Shown piece after piece: positions 9,890-20,002 of a DNA stretch of 64,000 nucleotides. The DNA is taken from NCBI GenBank assembly GCA_044225555.1, contig JBGAIM010000018.1:73382-137381 (forward strand). The letters are read 5' to 3'. The stretch comes from Limisphaerales bacterium. GTDB taxonomy: Bacteria; Verrucomicrobiota; Verrucomicrobiia; Limisphaerales; JADLHS01. Each line of letters begins with the position of its first letter. The stretch's first letter is position 1. Position numbers and translations under genes: made by a program. Under the pieces are notes generated by a model that was not told the origin of the DNA, searched no databases, and saw only the letters and a program-made list of their open reading frames with translations.

Positions 9890-11273
9890 CTACCAGACAA
9901 ACGTGGCCACCGCGCGGCTGGCCAGCGCGCTCGTGGCCTGTTTCCCGCCGTGCGAAATGTTGAAGCTCTGCGTCTGTGAGCTGTCATTGAGCACGATCAG
10001 GACGTAACGGCCCTCCGGCGACTTAAAGGCTACGTTTGGGAGACCGGCCGGTACGTTCGACCCGAGGCGGACGGAATTCGGCCGGACGAATTTGGCGGCG
10101 TGCGCGATGATGTAGTAGGCCGGATTGCGGATCACGTTGTTGCCCTCGATTGTCACGGCCCCGAGGCAGCGCGTGCATCCACCGCGGTCGGTGTGCGGTT
10201 CCCAGCGCGAGTTCGCCGCCAGATTCCACTCCAGCACCGTCCGGCTCCAATTGCGAGTGGCGCCGATGATCAATTCGCGGACGTGCCAGGTCAGATCGCC
10301 GCGAAAGTTGCCGGGCGCGCCGATCCATTGCTCGGTGAAATAGAGGTTCTTGTCCGGATGCGCGTCGTGGACCGTGGTCAGCGCATCAATTTTTCCGGCG
10401 TAAAGATGAAACGCCGAGCCGTCCACGTACTTCGCCGTCGCGGGATCTTTCAGGATGGCGAGCGGATAATCCGGATGATCACAGTTGTGGTCGAAGAGAA
10501 TGATCTTCGTGTCGAGCTTGGCTGCGGCGAAAGCGGGGCCGAGGCTGCGTTTGATGAACGTGGCCTGTTGTTGCGCGGACATGAACATGCTGGGGTTGTT
10601 GTCCGGATTGAGCGGCTCGTTTTGTACCGTGAGCGTAGGCGTCGTGGTATTCCGGTTTCAGGCTCGCCCCACGCGTGTCGTTCGTGGTCTTCATCCAGGT
10701 CGGGGCCGACCACGGTGAGCCCAGGAGTTTGATCCCGGGATTGATGGCCAGGATTTCCTTGAGCACCGGGATGACATCGGCGCGGTCCGGGCCCAGGTCG
10801 AACTTTTTCAACTCCGGGTCGGTTTGTCCGGCGGACAGGTCGTTGTAGGAAAACACGCGCGCGTTCAAGTCGGAGGCGCCGATGCTCAACCGCAGGTAAC
10901 TGATACCGATGTTGGTGCCATCGGTGGCGAACAACTCCTGCAGCAACGCGGATCGGGCCGCCGGCGCCATGCGGACGATATGCAAGGCGCTCCCGCCGGT
11001 GAGGGTAAAGCCGAAGCCGTCAATGGATTGAAATCGTCTGCCGTCGTCCACCGTGATGGTGGGATGCGGATTCGTGGCGGCGCCAAAGGGCAGGGGTGCG
11101 TCCTGCCGGCGGAACAACGCTGATTTGTCGGGAGTGGTCAGCCAGACTTCAACTTGCGCGCTGCCGGTGGCCGGCGGCAGGATGAGCAGCAGTCCGAGCA
11201 GGATGGGTGACAAACCGGTTTTCACCCGCGCATCTTGGTCGGACCGTGGGCGACATTCAATCCGATTGTCCAC
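9890..11273 (-). pseudogene. Glycoside hydrolase family 30 (glucosylceramidase-like) gene, disrupted by an internal deletion plus frameshift
   Basis: The N-terminal part (ORF 10479..11273) reads ...QSIDGFGFTLTGGSA...LGSPWSAPTWMKT...KPEYHDAYA. The C-terminal part (ORF 9890..10588) is in another frame. At ~10600-10630 the sequence jumps from ...DAYA to LTVQNEPLNPDNNPSMFMSAQQQATFIK. Confidence 0.7.
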
Positions 11274-11346
11274 GGTCCGCGCGGACGTTTTGCGGCTGGA
11301 CAGTCTGCCGTTTGCCGGGTAGTGAATTTTCGCGCGGAGACAAACT

Positions 11347-12054
11347 ATGACGGCAAAGGAAATCCTCGAAGAGTTGAAGCCGCTGGGCAGCGATGGCTAC
11401 AAACGGGTGATCTTCAACCACGGCGTGAAGGAGCCGTGCTTCGGCGTCAAGATCAGCGACCTGCAAAAGATCGTGAAGGGCATCAAAAAGGATTACCAAC
11501 TCGCGCTCGATCTTTATGACACCGGCGTTTACGACGCGATGTACCTGGCCGGGTTGATCGCCGACGACGCCCGGATGACGAAGCAGGACCTTCAGCGGTG
11601 GGTGACGAAAGCTTATTGCCGCCCGCTCTGCGGAACGACAGTGGCCTGGGTGGCGGCGGGCAGTCCGCACGGATGGGAGTTGGGGCAGAAGTGGATTGAT
11701 TCGAAGGCGCCCCTCGTGGCGGCAGCCGGTTGGGCGACGCTGAGCAGTCTCGTATCCATCAAGGCCGACGCCGAGTTGGACCTGATGGAATTCAAACGGT
11801 TGCTGGAGCGTGTGCGCCTGACGATTCACCAGGCGCCGGACGCGGTGCGTTACCAGATGAACTCGTTCATCATCGCGCTGGGCAGCTATGTGTCATCCCT
11901 GACCGGCATTGCCATTCAGACGGCGGAAAGAATTGGCCCCGTCACCGCAGACATGGGCAACACCTCGTGCGAAGTGCCGTTGGCCGCAGACTACATCCGA
12001 AAGGTGCAGAAACGCGGCGCCATCGGCAGGAAGCGCAAGACCGCGAAATGCTGA
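11347..12054 (+). CDS. DNA alkylation repair protein (AlkD-like HEAT-repeat family)
   Basis: 235-aa ORF: MTAKEILEELKPLGSDGYKRVIFNHGVKEPCFGVKISDLQKIVKGIKKDYQLALDLYDTGVYDAMYLAGLI..., the typical family pattern. Confidence 0.75.
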   Translation: MTAKEILEELKPLGSDGYKRVIFNHGVKEPCFGVKISDLQKIVKGIKKDYQLALDLYDTGVYDAMYLAGLIADDARMTKQDLQRWVTKAYCRPLCGTTVAWVAAGSPHGWELGQKWIDSKAPLVAAAGWATLSSLVSIKADAELDLMEFKRLLERVRLTIHQAPDAVRYQMNSFIIALGSYVSSLTGIAIQTAERIGPVTADMGNTSCEVPLAADYIRKVQKRGAIGRKRKTAKC

Positions 12055-12131
12055 ACGGGCATGGCTTGCAAGTTTGTGCGTGAATCCGGCCGCCGATGAT
12101 GGAATGCTGGCCGCGTATCACCATATCGCCT

Positions 12132-13430
12132 ATGAAAACTTCTCGCCGGAGTTTCATCCGGCGCACCGCTGCCTCCGCCTGCCTGGCCGCCGTCGCGCCC
12201 CAGATTGTGCCGTCCTCGGTCTTGGGCGCGGATGGCCACACCGCACCGAGTAATCGCATTACCGTCGGCTTCATTGGCACCGGGAGCCACGGCGTGGGCT
12301 GGAATCTCGGGCCCTACCTCCAGCACAAGGACGCCCAGGTCGTCGCGGTGTGCGATGTGGACGAGCGTCACCTGTTTCGCGCCCGGGAGACGGTGACCGA
12401 TCGCTATCAGAACGAAGATTGCTTCGGCACGAAGGATTTCCGCGAGGTACTGGCCCGCAAGGACATTGATGCGGTCATGATTTCCACCCCCGACCATTGG
12501 CACACACTGATCAGTCTGCTGGCCATTCAGGCTGGCAAGGATGTGCAATGCGAAAAACCCACGCTGACCATCCACGAAGGCCGGGTGCTGGCTGCAGCCG
12601 TCCGTAAACACAAGAAAGTTTTTCAAACCAGCACCGAGGATCGGTCCGTGGTCGAGTATCACCGCCTGGCCGAACTGGTTCGCAATGGGCGCATCGGCAA
12701 GCTCCAGCGCATTGAGGTAATCTTGCCCAAGCAACCCAATGAACCGGGCGACGCGACGCCACAGCCGGTGCCCAAGGAACTGGATTACGAAATGTGGCTC
12801 GGCCCGGCGCCGTTTGCGCCGTACACGCGGGACCGCGTCCACTTCAACTTCCGCTGGATTCAAGATTACTCCGGGGGAATCATCTGTGATTGGGGCGCGC
12901 ACCTTTTTGACACCGCGCAATGGGCCAATGACACCGAGCACAGCGGTCCGGTCGAGGTCGAGGGCACCGGCTCTTATTGGGAGGGCGGCCTCTACAACAC
13001 CGTCAAGGACTATGACGTCTCCTATCGTTACGCCAACGGCGTGGTGATGACCTGTAAACCGGGCGAACCCAGCATCAAGTTCATTGGCAGCGAAGGTTGG
13101 GTTGGCAACACCGGCTGGCGGGGGCCGCTCCAGGCCAGTTCCAAAACGATTCTCGAATCGAAGATCGGCCCGAACGAACTCCACCTTTACACCAATCCGA
13201 ACGGCGAGCACGACGACTTCCTGCAGTGCGTCCGAAGCCGCAAAGATCCCTACTTTCCGGTCGAGATCGGCCACCGCGTCTCCACGGTTTGTCACCTGGC
13301 CAATATTGCCATCAAGGTCGGGCGCAAGTTGAAGTGGGATCCGGTGTCGGAGCGGTTCATTGGCGACGCCAGCGCGAACGCGATGCTTGATCGCAAACGC
13401 CGCGATCCCTGGCAACTGCCGGCGATCTAA
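12132..13430 (+). CDS. Gfo/Idh/MocA family oxidoreductase with Tat signal
   Basis: MKTSRRSFIRRTAASACLAAVAP (twin-arginine signal), then the Rossmann motif ITVGFIGTGSHG. ORF 12096..13430 trimmed to ATG 12132. Confidence 0.85.
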   Translation: MKTSRRSFIRRTAASACLAAVAPQIVPSSVLGADGHTAPSNRITVGFIGTGSHGVGWNLGPYLQHKDAQVVAVCDVDERHLFRARETVTDRYQNEDCFGTKDFREVLARKDIDAVMISTPDHWHTLISLLAIQAGKDVQCEKPTLTIHEGRVLAAAVRKHKKVFQTSTEDRSVVEYHRLAELVRNGRIGKLQRIEVILPKQPNEPGDATPQPVPKELDYEMWLGPAPFAPYTRDRVHFNFRWIQDYSGGIICDWGAHLFDTAQWANDTEHSGPVEVEGTGSYWEGGLYNTVKDYDVSYRYANGVVMTCKPGEPSIKFIGSEGWVGNTGWRGPLQASSKTILESKIGPNELHLYTNPNGEHDDFLQCVRSRKDPYFPVEIGHRVSTVCHLANIAIKVGRKLKWDPVSERFIGDASANAMLDRKRRDPWQLPAI

Positions 13431-13618
13431 GGCGGTGTTCGCGCGCCGGCGATCCACTGCGCTGGCCGCGTCGAAGTCGGAGGGGCTATTGGCATTGACA
13501 GGCCCGGTTGCTTGGGGGCATACATCGCGCGTGCTCCCCAAGGGGTCGGTCTGTCGCGTCACGGCAACCGTACGATCGAACGGGGCGGCATCAAACCCAT
13601 TGAAGAGAAAGGCACATT

Positions 13619-14056
13619 GTGGCAGGCGAAAAATCAGGATTACAGAAGCAGGATGTGGAGAAGATTACCAAGCAAATCAAACAGATCGAGGAACTGATTG
13701 CGTTTCTGGTCAAGCTGGGCGTGGAGGTGCCGGCGCCACTGCCCATCGCCCTCAAGAAACTGCGGCAAGCACTGGAGACGGGCAAGATGGTTGCCGAAGC
13801 CGCCGAAGAGGCAAGCGAGGAAGTGAAGAAAGTCGAGAAGGACCTCAACGACCTTTGCAAACAGCTTGACGCAGACAGCCAGACCGTTTGTGAAGCGGAA
13901 GTCGCGCGCAAGTACCAGGCGCGTGGGGTAAAATATACTTTGGACCCCAAGAATCCGAAATCAGTCATCAGCCTCAGCATCAAGAAGGCCGTGCAGAAGG
14001 CGACCCCGGGGATCGTGTGCAAGCATTGGGACTATTGCGCCAAGAAGGCTGAATAG
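13619..14056 (+). CDS. Hypothetical K/E-rich protein
   Basis: 145-aa ORF with a GTG start and a purine-rich stretch (gaagagaaagg) upstream. Lower GC than neighbours. No recognisable family. Confidence 0.35.
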   Translation: MAGEKSGLQKQDVEKITKQIKQIEELIAFLVKLGVEVPAPLPIALKKLRQALETGKMVAEAAEEASEEVKKVEKDLNDLCKQLDADSQTVCEAEVARKYQARGVKYTLDPKNPKSVISLSIKKAVQKATPGIVCKHWDYCAKKAE

Positions 14057-14106
14057 GCGGTTGCCAGATCCCAGGCTGCGCGTCCGGCAACACTGTTAAC
14101 AGTAGG

Positions 14107-15093
14107 TCACCCGGCCCAGGTCCGATCTCGATTCAACGTTTCGGCAAGGACCTGTCTGGCGATGGTCACATTCTCAGCGACCTGAAAGTCGAACATCCCT
14201 ACGACGCAGAAATCAGCCCCGCTGGCGAAGGCGTGTTTGAAGCCCGCCTGTGGTTGAATCGCGCCGGCGGCGAGGACTTTGTACGCAATCCATGGCCGTT
14301 CCAACTCCGAGAAAAAGCGCACGGTCTCCTCCTCGTCTTTGCACCAGTAGTTATCAATGCCGTAGTTGTCGATGACCTCCTTCTGCTGGTCGGGCCGGCG
14401 TGCAGACCAGTAATTGGCGCTGTGCAGGGTCTTCATGTAGAAGTCCGGCTTGATGCCTGCCTGTTCGACGGTTTTCGGCGTGCGCAACTCGTGCCCCGCC
14501 ACGCCGGCGATGATGCCTTCCGCCTTTACCAACTCCACGAACTTGTGAATACTCGCCACGTCACCTTCGCGCGTCCATGCGTCACCAAAATTTCCGACTA
14601 GTAACGCACCTTGAACCCCGGCATCCACGGCTTCCTTGATCTGGGTGGCGAGATCGTTCTTCGGCGGATCGAGTTGGGCGAGGCATTGAATTTTGCCGCC
14701 TTGCGCACGGTACTTTCGGTAGGTGGCCAGCGCCGGTCGGCTGCTCGGGTTGAAGATCATTGTGTTCACGCCATGTTGCTCGCACAGCGCCCAGGTCTCC
14801 ATGATCTTGGCCTCGGTGAAGTAAGCCTGTAGCAGTTTGGAAACGTAAATGAGATCGCGGCTGTGAGCATAGCCGCTGATGAGATTGCCACCGCAAATCA
14901 GGCGGCTCAACTTGACCTTGCCGATGGTGCCGGTTGGCAATCCGGCGGTCGGTGCAGGGGACGGGGTTCGGGTGGGTGGCTGCGATTCCTGAGCCGCGAG
15001 GGCATATTCTTCGAGGCTGGCAACCAGTGGCATTGTGAGCGAGCCAGCGACCGACGTCTTCAAAAAACGCCGGCGGTTCAACGTGGTTTTCAT
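14107..15093 (-). CDS. Tat-signal hypothetical protein
   Basis: MKTTLNRRRFLKTSVAGSLTMPLVA twin-arginine signal and a 328-aa coherent ORF. Function not recognised. Confidence 0.55.
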   Translation of the reverse strand: MKTTLNRRRFLKTSVAGSLTMPLVASLEEYALAAQESQPPTRTPSPAPTAGLPTGTIGKVKLSRLICGGNLISGYAHSRDLIYVSKLLQAYFTEAKIMETWALCEQHGVNTMIFNPSSRPALATYRKYRAQGGKIQCLAQLDPPKNDLATQIKEAVDAGVQGALLVGNFGDAWTREGDVASIHKFVELVKAEGIIAGVAGHELRTPKTVEQAGIKPDFYMKTLHSANYWSARRPDQQKEVIDNYGIDNYWCKDEEETVRFFSELERPWIAYKVLAAGAIQPQAGFKHAFASGADFCVVGMFDFQVAENVTIARQVLAETLNRDRTWAG

Positions 15094-15548
15094 AGGTTGA
15101 ATCTGGGTTCAGCCTAATCCTGCAATGCAATCGTGTAAATAAAGATTATGTGTGAATCAGCGGAGGGGCGGAGTACTGAGGAACAGGCTTCCGTTTTCCA
15201 ATTTTGCTCGGGAAGAGTGACAGCGGTGCGACAGTGGTCACTATTGGCATCGTCGTCGCCGCCGGGCGCCAGTCCGCCCCCGACGTGGTATTGGTCAACG
15301 CGCGGCTCCCGCGCCCTTCGCAGGCGATCAGCAGCCGGGACCTCGCCGACTTCATCTTCGCCGATTTCATTTAGGTTCGAGGTGAATTACTCCGATTTAA
15401 TATGCAGATGGGATTCGGGCGGCGGCCTACTCGCTTCGGCTACCCAAAAATAAATGGGCCGATCATCAGATGCTACTGCTCGAATCCTGCATTCACCCCG
15501 AAGTTATCCATCGCCCGGCTGAAGCCTGCCATGCTCTCCCCGTTGTGT

Positions 15549-18032
15549 TCACCAAAGCGACTTCCAGTACGCCTGTTCGGTCCTGTAAACATCAATCACA
15601 TCCGCGTTCAACTCCCCTTCAAGAATCCCGTAACGCTTCATCTCGCGAACCCAGTCGGGGCGCGGTTGAAAGCCCGGCATGTCGAAGCGTTTCACTTTCT
15701 CCAATTGATCTTTGCCAGCGACGCACATGGCCAGCAGCTTGCGGTAACCGGGATCCTTGGTATCGGCAAATACGATGCGCGGCTCCTTCGTTTTCGGATC
15801 GCGGCACAAGCCCCAGCCGCCCGCCTCCCTGGCCAGAGGCGCGAGCAGCAACAACGATTGCTCGGGATGTGTGAGGTTGAAAACAATGTGGCGACTGGTT
15901 AACAGGCGTGGATCGCGCAGGTCGGGTTGCCAAAACGAGACGCCGCGTTCGTCCGAGAGACTGCGTGGCAGGAGGCGTTCCGGCGCTTCATGACAGGCCG
16001 CGCAGCGCTCACCAATTACATTGGCGCCCGCCTGGGTGCTGGGCCAATTCCAGTCGGTTTCGACCGCTTCGTTCTCGGCGTAGGCGCCGATCATTCCGGT
16101 TCCCAGTGCGGCATAGGTGCCGGGATAAGCTGCGCCCGTCTCGATCCAAAGTCGGAGCATTCGTTTCTGGTCGGACGTCGCGCGAACCTCGTAATGCGAA
16201 CCGTCAAGCATCTTGAGCAAACGACTGGCGGAGGAACCCAGCGTGCGTGGATCGTAATTGCTGCGGGGTTCATTGCGTCCGTCTTTGAACAAGCCCGCGA
16301 TGGTGAGCATGTAATAGCTGTGGCTGAACATCGGCCCCCGGTCGCCGCTCAACACGAGCCGTCCGGCGCGCGGACCGCCCGCCTCCGTCTTCTTGTAGCC
16401 GTGACAATTGACGCAGAGCGCGTCGAGGATCGGTTGGATGTCGCGGGGAAAATCGAGCACGTCCGGCACGCCCGCGATGGGTTCGATGCGACTGGGCGGT
16501 CGGTGCAAAGCCTGGGCGGTCTGCAGTGCCGTTGAACTCGAAGGCGTGCGCGTGCGTTGTTCATGGCAGCCGATGCAACTCGTGGTCTCGCCCGGTTGCA
16601 CGGTGAGGAAGCTTTGCATGCGCTTGACGGAGAAATCATTTTCATCCAGTGCCACGAAGAAGAAACTGCGTTCGGCGGGCAGTTCCAGATACGCCGAGCC
16701 ATCCGTCTCGACGGGCACCGTCCCGACGATGCGCTCCAGCGTGAAGGTCCCACCATAACTGAGCGGGTCCATCCCGCCGGTGTAATGGATCGGCATTGGG
16801 AGCGTTTCGAGCACGAGCAGCTTCCGGATGTCGCCGCGCTTCACGCCCTGCATGTTTCGCCCTTCATAAATGTCCGCGAGCACCAGGCTGCCGGTGGGCG
16901 CGCCGGGGTTGACGCGATCCGGGATGACGGTCTCACGCGGGCGGGTCACCACCGGGCGGGGCTCGCTTAGTTCCATTTCTGCTGCAATGTCGGTTTTGGG
17001 TAATCTGTAAATCTCCTGCATCCGTCCGTTGTCATCCAAAAGTACCAGTGCCGGTCCGAGCGCAGCCATGAAGGCTTGCTCGTTGAACGCCCACGGGTCA
17101 CGGAATTGATCGCTCTTGGAAATGCGTTTCGCGGACGCCAGCGCATCGGGTCCGGACTTGGGATCAACTATGGTGACGGCCCCCGCGTGTTCGCGCTGGC
17201 CGTGACCCGGCGAAAAACTGGCCACCACTTTGTCCGAGCCGGGGATGGGTTTGGCGTCAATCATCGTGATGCCGGGATGCAGGTTGCCGTACCAGATCAT
17301 CTGGCCGGTGCCATCGGGATTGGCGACCCAAAGGTGGTGGAAGTTCACCTGGCTGCGGTCCACATATTCCCAGCGCGTGTAGAGAATACGTCCATCCGCC
17401 AGCGGCCAGGGTGTGTTGTCCTGTTCGTTGTTGCTGGAGATCGGGTGGACGTTTTCACCGTTGGGTCCGCACCGATGGAGCACCGCCACCTGCGTAAGCC
17501 AGCAATTGACCCAACGTTTGCATCGGCTACTGACGAAAACAATGTCGCCGTTCGGGAGATAGGAAGGCTCGAAGTCGTCGTATTCGCCGCTCGTGATCTG
17601 GCGCAGACCCGAACCGTCCAGGTTGATCTCGTGGAGCAGATAATTCTCCGTGCCGCCCTTGCGATAGGCGAATAGAACTTTGCCGCCGTCGTAATGCACC
17701 TGCGGATCGCGCACCCCGCCACGCGGATCTTCCAGCATGGTGATGACTTTTCCGGTGGCGAGGTTCAACCGGCAAAGCTTCGTGCCTTCGCGCCAGGCTT
17801 TACGATTGGGATCATGGGCATAGTAGCCAAAGTTCGCGTACCAGTGGCCGTCAGTGGGATTCGGTTTGCGTGCACAGAAGATGACGTCGGCGATGTTTGA
17901 CATCGGGCCGCCACGGAATTCCGCGAGCAGACCACTGTCGGCGCGTGCGGGGGACCATCCGCTCGCTGCAACCAGGACCAGTCCGGCCAACAGCACCCGG
18001 TTCCTCCAGGGTCTCACCGCTGCTGTTTTCAT
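15549..18032 (-). CDS. HzsA-related multihaem beta-propeller protein (paralogue 1)
   Basis: 827 aa with a signal peptide. PD40/propeller-like repeats (DPQVHYDGGKVLFAY, YDDFEPSYLPNGDIVFVS, PWPLADGRILYTRWEY). Three CxxCH haem motifs (CIGCH, CVNCH, CAACH). 4-nt overlap with the upstream gene. Confidence 0.7.
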   Translation of the reverse strand: MKTAAVRPWRNRVLLAGLVLVAASGWSPARADSGLLAEFRGGPMSNIADVIFCARKPNPTDGHWYANFGYYAHDPNRKAWREGTKLCRLNLATGKVITMLEDPRGGVRDPQVHYDGGKVLFAYRKGGTENYLLHEINLDGSGLRQITSGEYDDFEPSYLPNGDIVFVSSRCKRWVNCWLTQVAVLHRCGPNGENVHPISSNNEQDNTPWPLADGRILYTRWEYVDRSQVNFHHLWVANPDGTGQMIWYGNLHPGITMIDAKPIPGSDKVVASFSPGHGQREHAGAVTIVDPKSGPDALASAKRISKSDQFRDPWAFNEQAFMAALGPALVLLDDNGRMQEIYRLPKTDIAAEMELSEPRPVVTRPRETVIPDRVNPGAPTGSLVLADIYEGRNMQGVKRGDIRKLLVLETLPMPIHYTGGMDPLSYGGTFTLERIVGTVPVETDGSAYLELPAERSFFFVALDENDFSVKRMQSFLTVQPGETTSCIGCHEQRTRTPSSSTALQTAQALHRPPSRIEPIAGVPDVLDFPRDIQPILDALCVNCHGYKKTEAGGPRAGRLVLSGDRGPMFSHSYYMLTIAGLFKDGRNEPRSNYDPRTLGSSASRLLKMLDGSHYEVRATSDQKRMLRLWIETGAAYPGTYAALGTGMIGAYAENEAVETDWNWPSTQAGANVIGERCAACHEAPERLLPRSLSDERGVSFWQPDLRDPRLLTSRHIVFNLTHPEQSLLLLAPLAREAGGWGLCRDPKTKEPRIVFADTKDPGYRKLLAMCVAGKDQLEKVKRFDMPGFQPRPDWVREMKRYGILEGELNADVIDVYRTEQAYWKSLW

Positions 18033-19954
18033 AACGAGAGCAGGTAGGCGACGAGATCATTCACCTGCGTGGGCGTCAGGTGCGAAGATTTGCCATGCTC
18101 GTCCTTTGGGTTGCAGGTCGTCAACACGTCGCGAAACGTGGTCGCCGAACCATCGTGCAGATACGGCGCGGTGCGCCACCCTTCGACCAACGTGGGCGTA
18201 TCGAAGAGTTCCTGTCCGCGATCGAGCGGTCCAGTTGTGCCCACGGGATAAGAACTTAAATCCGTGAACAGCGGCGCGGGATGACACTGGGCACAACCTA
18301 CCTCGCGGCTGCGGAATAGTTTTTCGCCGCGCCGGGCAGCGGGCGAGAGCTTTCCATTCACCAAATGTGGACTCGGGACAGGTTGAAGGGACTTGAGCCA
18401 GGCGTCCAACGCATCGGCCACCCCAGGTGGTTGCATGGTGAAAAGAATGTGCCGGATGCCCGCGCGCACGGCGATTTCGGCCGTGTCGCGAATGCCGGTG
18501 CTCATGGCGGGCGGTGTTCGGTGCGCCAACAGGAGACTCTTGTTGTTCTTCGGATTGCCGATGCCGTCGTTGAGCAGGTCCCAGTTCAAGCCATCCACGC
18601 GGCCGTCGCCCGGATGACAGCTCGCACAGCTTTGCCAGCCTTGGAAACAAATGCCCGCATCGTTGAAATAGAATTCGCCCCGACGAACCAAGCTCATTTC
18701 AGACTTTGGTCCGAGGGCAATGCTTCGGGCCGGCGATTGCGGCTGGGCCAGATCAAGGACCGTCAGGCTGTCGCTGAAGTAATTGGCCGTTACAGCGTGG
18801 TTACTCACCACCACAAGCGCGCGCGGGCCAAGAGCAGCTGTTGGCAGCTTGACGCGCTGGCGCAGTCCGACGAGGAAGGCGAGATCGTTGGGCACGTCGG
18901 CTCGTGAGTGTGAGGATTGGGAGTAATCCCCGGCAGCGTTCGCGGGAGGTGCGGCTGGCAATTTTGCCAGGCGGTCCCAGAGTCCTGGAAAATCAATGAC
19001 ACTGACCTCGTGCGTCCCGGCGTGAGCCACTACCAGCTTGCGACCATCGGCTGACCACGCGACGCCCCACGGATTAGCCGCGCCGCGATCCACGTCGTCG
19101 AGCAAGACAGTGTTGAGCACCTCCAACCGGTCGAGCGCGATGATCGTTTTCGCATTGGTGTTCATCCAACCGCGATCCAGTTGCGTGGTTGGCAGCCCAA
19201 ACCGCGCGAGGATGTGCGTGACGACCGCGTATTTGCCGTCCGGCGAAATGCGAATGTCCTGCAACGAACCTGAGCCGTTGGGCAAGCGCAGTTCCTTCAC
19301 CACCCGTCCCGCGGCCACATCAATGACGCTGACAACCGCAGCTAGCGGTGGTTGATCTGCCCTCCCTGCGGGCAGGTGATTGGCGACTAGTAAATGGCGA
19401 CCGTCGGGCGTAATCGCCGCGGCGACCGGCTCGCGCGTGACGGCGATGCGGCGGAGTTCCTTTCCCGTCGCGACTTCCAACAGGCTAATGGCATCATTGA
19501 ACCGGTTGCAGGTGAAGAGTGTTTTACCGTCGGGCGAGAGTATTGGCGACATCGCGGTGTGCCCGGCGGCAAATTTTGCGGTGACCTTCGCGCGCGCCAG
19601 ATCCACAACGCAGATCTCGCTCTTCGGGGACGCACAAGTCACAAATAACCGATGGCCATCGGATGACAAAGCCAGACCGGTCGGGTGCGGTGAGACACGA
19701 ATGGAGGCAAGTACATCCCCGTTCGCCAAATTCGCGACCTTAACCAATCCCGCCGTGCCGCAGGCAACATAGACCTTCGTTCCATCCGGTGACGCGACCA
19801 GCGCCGTGGGCGACAATTCCTCTCCGGCCAGGATTGAATTTGCACAGACGAAGACGAGGACGAATGGAAGCCAGTGGTTTTGCCCAAACATTTTCAGGAG
19901 CGAAGCAACGATGTTTGCGACGGCGATCACGATGTTCCCAACCATGAATGTCAC
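18029..19954 (-). CDS. YVTN-type beta-propeller fused to a dihaem cytochrome c peroxidase (CCP/MauG-like) domain
   Basis: N-terminal repeats of the form SPDG.KV/LYVAC (SPDGTKVYVAC, SSDGHRLFVTC, SPDGKTLFTCN, TPDGRHLLVAN, SPDGKYAVVTH). C-terminal QSCASCHPGDGRVDGLNWDLLNDG and GCAQCHPAPLFTD...APYLHDGS. The true start may be the internal M at ~19891. Confidence 0.75.
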   Translation of the reverse strand: MTFMVGNIVIAVANIVASLLKMFGQNHWLPFVLVFVCANSILAGEELSPTALVASPDGTKVYVACGTAGLVKVANLANGDVLASIRVSPHPTGLALSSDGHRLFVTCASPKSEICVVDLARAKVTAKFAAGHTAMSPILSPDGKTLFTCNRFNDAISLLEVATGKELRRIAVTREPVAAAITPDGRHLLVANHLPAGRADQPPLAAVVSVIDVAAGRVVKELRLPNGSGSLQDIRISPDGKYAVVTHILARFGLPTTQLDRGWMNTNAKTIIALDRLEVLNTVLLDDVDRGAANPWGVAWSADGRKLVVAHAGTHEVSVIDFPGLWDRLAKLPAAPPANAAGDYSQSSHSRADVPNDLAFLVGLRQRVKLPTAALGPRALVVVSNHAVTANYFSDSLTVLDLAQPQSPARSIALGPKSEMSLVRRGEFYFNDAGICFQGWQSCASCHPGDGRVDGLNWDLLNDGIGNPKNNKSLLLAHRTPPAMSTGIRDTAEIAVRAGIRHILFTMQPPGVADALDAWLKSLQPVPSPHLVNGKLSPAARRGEKLFRSREVGCAQCHPAPLFTDLSSYPVGTTGPLDRGQELFDTPTLVEGWRTAPYLHDGSATTFRDVLTTCNPKDEHGKSSHLTPTQVNDLVAYLLSL

Positions 19955-20002
19955 CGCGGCCGGAGCAGGTCAATCCCGTTCCAGGCCTTATTCCATCCAT
20001 TA

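Noticed and set aside
11991-13562. 523-aa ORF antisense to the Gfo/Idh/MocA oxidoreductase
   Set aside because: The sense-strand protein has clear Tat signal and Rossmann motifs. The antisense ORF is a typical high-GC shadow frame with no recognisable motifs.
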